Shown in pieces: positions 58,988-64,000 of a stretch of 64,000 nt of DNA (positions are counted from its first letter, which is position 1; the number at the start of each line of letters is the position of its first letter). The notes beneath the pieces are model-generated. The model had not been told where the DNA came from, made no database searches, and saw only the letters and a list, made by a program, of their open reading frames with translations. Made by a program: the position numbers and the translations under genes. The DNA lies in the NCBI GenBank assembly GCA_004431415.1, contig QPMI01000058.1:345599-409598 (forward strand), given 5' to 3'. The DNA is from Cyanophora paradoxa CCMP329. Lineage: Eukaryota; Plantae; Glaucophyta.

Positions 58988-61900
58988 ATGCAGCTCTTTT
59001 TTACCGAGAGTTACTGGGTCTGGAGGGAATGCTTCGACTGCGACGGCTGTAGACCCGCACGGCCAGGGGCCGAGGATCTGCCTGTCAACGAGGGAGGCGA
59101 GGATCATGGGTCGGCTGAACTTCCGCGCCCCCTCGTGCCCACCCCCGGGTCCTACGCCTCTCCTTCCAGCTCTCCGGCCTCTGTGCCTGCCGGGCGACCG
59201 GCCGGCGAGCGTCGTGTGTCTCCTTTCCCGGGAGACAGCGACCCGATTATCATATCGTTGATGAGAGCGATGCTTGGGGAGGCGGGCGACGAGGAGGGGT
59301 CTCGAGAGCGCGTTCTCCTCGTGCTGTTCGGAGCCTGATCCATCTGTTGAGGCTCCGATGCGGCAGACGACCGTGCTACTGATGCGGCAAATCTACCAAC
59401 ACTGCAGCGCCACCGACCCGGTGAGTCTGGTGCTCGATGTGCAGCAGGCGCCGCGCTGTCTGCGGCGCCTGCCTTACGCGATCACGGCGCAGGTTGCCGC
59501 GCGGCGTCTGCGCCTTCTCGTCTGCCTGGCTCTTGAGGGCGACGCCCTGGTGCAGGGGCCGCGGGCGTCGAAGTGGTCCGACCCGGTGAGTCTGGTGCCC
59601 GATGTTTGCAGCAGGCGCGCGCTGTCCTGCGGCGCCTGCCCTTACGCCGATCACGGCGCAGGTTGCCGCGTCGGCGTCTGCGCCTTCTCGTCTGCCTGGC
59701 GGTCTTGAGGGCGACGCCCTGTGCAGGGGGCCGCGGGCGTCGAGAGTGGTCCGACCCGTGAGTCTGGTGCCCGATGTTGCAGCAGCCGCGCGCTGTCCTG
59801 CGGCGCCTGCCCTTACGCCGATCACGGCGCAGGTTGCCGCGTCGGCGTCTGCGCCTTCTCGTCTGCCTGGCGGTCTTGAGGGCGATGCCCTGGTGCAGGG
59901 GGCGCGGGCGTCGAGACCGGGTCTCTGGGATCGCGGCCCTCGCATGCCGGTTGCAGACCGATCCATTCGTCCTACAGCTGGTTCCCGATGCGGCAGGCGA
60001 CCGTGCCGCTGCTGCGGCGAATCTGCCAACACTCGGCAGCGCCACCGACCCGGTGAGTCTGGTGCTCGATGTTGCAGCAGGCGCCGCGCTGTCCCGCGGC
60101 GCCTGCCCTTACGCCGATCACGGCGCAGGTTGCCGTGTCGGCGTCTGCGCTTCTCGCTGCTGGCGGTTTTGAGGGCGATGCCTTGGGCAGGCGGCCGTGG
60201 GCGTCGAGAGTGGGTCCGACCCGGTGAGTCTGGTGCTCGATGTTGCAGCAGGCGCCGCGCTGTCCTGCGGCGCTCTTTTACGCCGATTCACGGCGCGGTT
60301 GCCGCGTCGGCGTCTGCGCCTTCTCGTCTGCCTGGCGGTCTTGAGGGCGACGCCCTGGTGCAGGGGGCCGCGGGCGTCGAGACTGGGTCTCTGGGATCGC
60401 GCCCTCCGCATGCCGGTTTGCAGACCGATCCATTCGTCCTACAGCTGGCTCCCGATGCGGCAGACGACCGTGCCGCTGCTGCGGCAAATCTGCCAACACT
60501 CGGCAGCGCCACCGACCCGGTGAGTCTGTTGCTCGATGTTGTAGCAGGCGCCGCGCTGTCCCGCGGCGCCTGCCCTTACGCCGATCACGGCGCAGGTTGC
60601 CGTGTCGGCGTCTGCGCCTTCTCGGCTGCCTGGCGGTTTTGAGGGCGACGCCGTGGGGCAGGCGGCCGTGGGCGTCGAGAGTGGGTCCGACCCGGTGAGT
60701 CTGGTGCTCGATGTTGCAGCAGGCGCCGCGCTGTTCTGCGGCGCCTGCCCTTACGCCGATCACGGCGCAGGTTGCCGCGTCGGCGTCTGCGCCTTCTCGT
60801 CTGCCTGGCGGTCTTGAGGGCGACGCCCTGGTGCAGGGGCCGCGGGCGTCGAGACCGGGTCTCTGGGATTGCGCCCTCCGCATGCCGGTTTGCAGACCGA
60901 TCCATTCGTCCTACAGCTGGCTCCCGATGCGGCTCCAGCGGGAGAGAGGGACGCTCCCACTACAGGAGGGGGTGTGCATGATTCACTTCGCTCAAACTCC
61001 TTCTAATTCTCTGGCTTTTTTCAGCAGGGTCCTTGCCTGCGGGAGATTTTGAGCTGCCGTCACTCGTCATGGAACGCGCGGTGGGTGCTGCGAAAGATCT
61101 TAAGAGGGCGTTCGATGCGGTTGTGAATGCGACGAATCTGTTGCCGTGGGAAGGCGACGATTGGCTACCCCTCAGTATGTTCTTGTATCTTGATTTTTTG
61201 TACTCTCATCTATTTTTGAATGTGTCTTTCCTTCCAGCCAAACCGGTGTTTCCGCCTGAGATCTTCTGGAACGTCCCTGGGAATATCCGAGGGCATTGTG
61301 GTCTTTACTTGTTGCTGAACAATATTATGACGGCAGTCTTCAAATTGAAGTACAACTTGCGGGAAGCAGCGGAGGCCTTCAACAAGTTTGTCGTCCTACC
61401 CAACGGCGTTCGTACAGCATTCATCTACACAGTACCATGGAGCGTGCCTTCAACTGGCTGCTTAACTCTAAATCAGTCACTTTGGAGGACGCGGCTGAAA
61501 TATCTGCGTACGGGTCATCTAATGCCTTCGACACGTCATTCCTGGATGACGAGGCCACGTCGAACATGCGCCAGATGACAGAGACGACCTTCAAGTCGTG
61601 GGTTGCACAGGGACTGACGCCCCGTGAAATTGTGGTGGAACTAGCGAAGATGCGCGATGACGGAGTGAAACACTATCTGCACGTCGAGATGATGGCTGCG
61701 TCGTTCATCAATTTCATTGAATTATCGCGGATCGAAGAGGTCTCGAAGGCTACTTACGGATCGATGTGGGATGATTACTGTCGTCTACAGCATTTATTGT
61801 CGTCGCCGAATCCAGATATCGGTTCTGGGTTCAAGCATCTGACCCATCTTCTGGACTGCATCAGCGAATTGAAGAATTTGCGTCTTGAATTCGAGCGAAA

Positions 61901-63320
61901 GTTGTCGTCGTCGCACCCGTGCGCAGATGAAGCCGAGCTACTTTCTTTGCAATGTCCAGTGATATCCGGAATTCTAACCGAGAGAAACCGAATCGTCTTG
62001 TCTTGGAGGGACTCTGTGATAACGTATGATTCAAACGGTAGTGATGGCAAAATGTCGCGCGTCGCCAAAGATGCATTCATCCGAATTGTTAAATCTACAA
62101 TCACGCGATTGGGCACGTCAGTTGCGGGTGCCTCGAATTTGGTGATGCCACTGTTCTGTATCGCCTGAGTTAATACTGGAATGCGCAGATTGGAACGCGA
62201 AGGACGGAGACACAGTACTTTATAGTTTCGACGATGGGGTTCTTAGTGGATCTCTCAAACGTCGGGACATTGCTACCCTGAGACCGAACGAAGAATTTAC
62301 TGATGAGGTCGTGAATTTTTTCCACCAGTGAGTTAACGCAGTTTCTTGCAGCGTCATGCGCTTTTGATTGTTGCCGTGACCACGAACGGTATAGTTGCTT
62401 GATGGAAAAGTTGCGTGATCCGACGTTCAGGGCTTCTGTACCTGCGACGAGTGTCTGTTTTTTCAACACGTATTTTACCGTGCTTCTGAAGGTGTGTATC
62501 ATGTATCGCCTTATTCCGTCTTGCCGATATTGACTATGCACAGGCGGGGTACGGGGAATCGGATCGGGCTAGGAAATGGTTCGTTAAGGCTGGCGTGAAT
62601 ATTTTCAAAACCCAGTTTCTTGGGTTTCCTGTGCACCTGCCCAAGTAAGCGTCTCGCCTTCTTTAGTGCAGCGGCATGCATACTGATCAATGTGCAGTCA
62701 TTGGATTCTCGTAATTGTCTGCAATTTGGGTAGCCTCGGCCAACGAATATCGGACCCTCGACTGCGACCGGCTATTGTGCAAGTGTGTTCAATGGGTACG
62801 GACGAGAACGCATTCTTGGACCGGAAATGTACACGTCTCCTTAAGGGCTCGCTTATAAGGTCGGCTTTGTGTATATGACTACGGGGGCTCTGTAACGTGA
62901 ATCCGATTCAGGTTCTTCCAATCGGCGTACCGGGACAAGGCTCTGTTTCCCGGGTCACCTCGCGATATATTATCCGGTGACCTTGTTTTCAACTATGTTG
63001 TAGCCGAAGTACGTACATTCTGGCTGGATTATAATATTTAAGGCATTCGATTGATGGGGGCTGTTTGCAGGCAACGCGTCAAGGAGGCGTTGATTGCGGT
63101 GTTCATGTTTGTGTGAACTCAGAGCTACTCGTTACAGGTTGCCTAACCGAATTTATGCAAACTGAGGGTGGTAGCGTATCTACTCCACAGGTTACTGTTG
63201 TGTGTCGTCTCACTCCATATCTCCTGATTTTGCTAATAGTTCATTTGCACCCCTGACGACATCGTGAATATGAGGACGCTCATATATTCCCTGGCTTGTG
63301 AGAAGGTGGGTTCTCATGTT
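58988..63320 (+). CDS. Long multi-exon, probably transposon-associated gene with C-terminal Ulp1-like protease motifs, boundaries uncertain
   Basis: ORFs 58988, 61033, 61296. HWILVIV (62690 ORF) and QGGVDCGVHVC (63065 ORF). Confidence 0.45.
59350..60932 (+). repeat. Tandem array (7 units plus higher-order duplication) of intron-like and ~99-nt exon-like segments
   Basis: GACCCG|GTGAGTCTG...CACGGCGCAG|GTTGCCGCGTCG recurs 7 times. Confidence 0.8.
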
Positions 63321-64000
63321 TTTTGACCTGCATCATTTGAAATGTATGATTAATTATTTTGCGCGTTTATGGACTTCTCAGATTTCAGATCTACATCAGA
63401 TTGCACGCAATGAGGACGCGATTCAGAGGTACTCGGACATGCTGTTATCGTTGGTGACTGCATGCGTTTTGCTTGGCTTATTGTTATTTATTTTATTTTC
63501 TCACCAACTGTTACCTTCCTCGGAACCTCCTGCCGACGAGCCTCGTGTTGGCCTACATGATTCATCCGGTCAGCGTGGGCTTCAACAATCCGATGCCATT
63601 AAATCGGTATGTCGTGCGCTCTTTCAACTGCCCCGTCTATTAATTCCAATGACAAGTTCGCAGGTTCTGAGCCGCGTTGCAGCCCGCGACGGGTCACCCA
63701 AGCTTGGCAGTAAACTTTTGAGGCCCGTCTCTCTGCGCGGAGTGCTCGCATGTCCCATTGTGCGGACCGTGGAGTTGACCGCAACCGTCACGTCTACCCA
63801 ATCGCGTTCCAGCCTGCGAGTCGGCGATGATGTAGTCGCCGTTGCGGTTCCCATGCGTTTGCCTTCACGCTGATCCTGTGCAGGATTCCGGTTCGGCATT
63901 CGCACCTCCCGAACAGCCGGGTTTCATGGGGGGCGATGCATTGGGCCGGCGAGTGACATGGAAGCCCGTTCTCTGGCCGTCTTGCCGGTGCCATCACCTG

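Overview
Eukaryotic (GC-rich, intron-dense, probably protist) genomic window with many 1-bp indels, several in homopolymer runs, that look like long-read errors. Bases 1209-23339 are an apparently near-complete, lower-GC endogenous DNA virus of the Maverick/Polinton-like class (element B). It encodes protein-primed PolB, an rve integrase with a DDD-like triad, an A32-like packaging ATPase, a major capsid protein, two head-to-head penton-like genes, a patatin phospholipase fusion and a very large modular phage-like fibre (HxH repeats, S74 autochaperone); I found no maturation protease. Its left TIR is cut at 1209 by the right end of a second, related element (A, 1-1208) with the same terminal signature, which suggests one virus inserted into the TIR of another. 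B itself sits in a Ginger/KRBA2-like integrase gene that is part of a three-piece chimeric duplication. The host part holds the intact intron-rich integrase, a dynactin p150-like gene head-to-head with a GT8 glycosyltransferase, degenerate Ulp1-bearing transposon-like genes, tRNA-like elements, and GC-rich minisatellites, two of which read as tandemly amplified exon-intron cassettes. All family assignments come from motif recognition by eye, not database searches.
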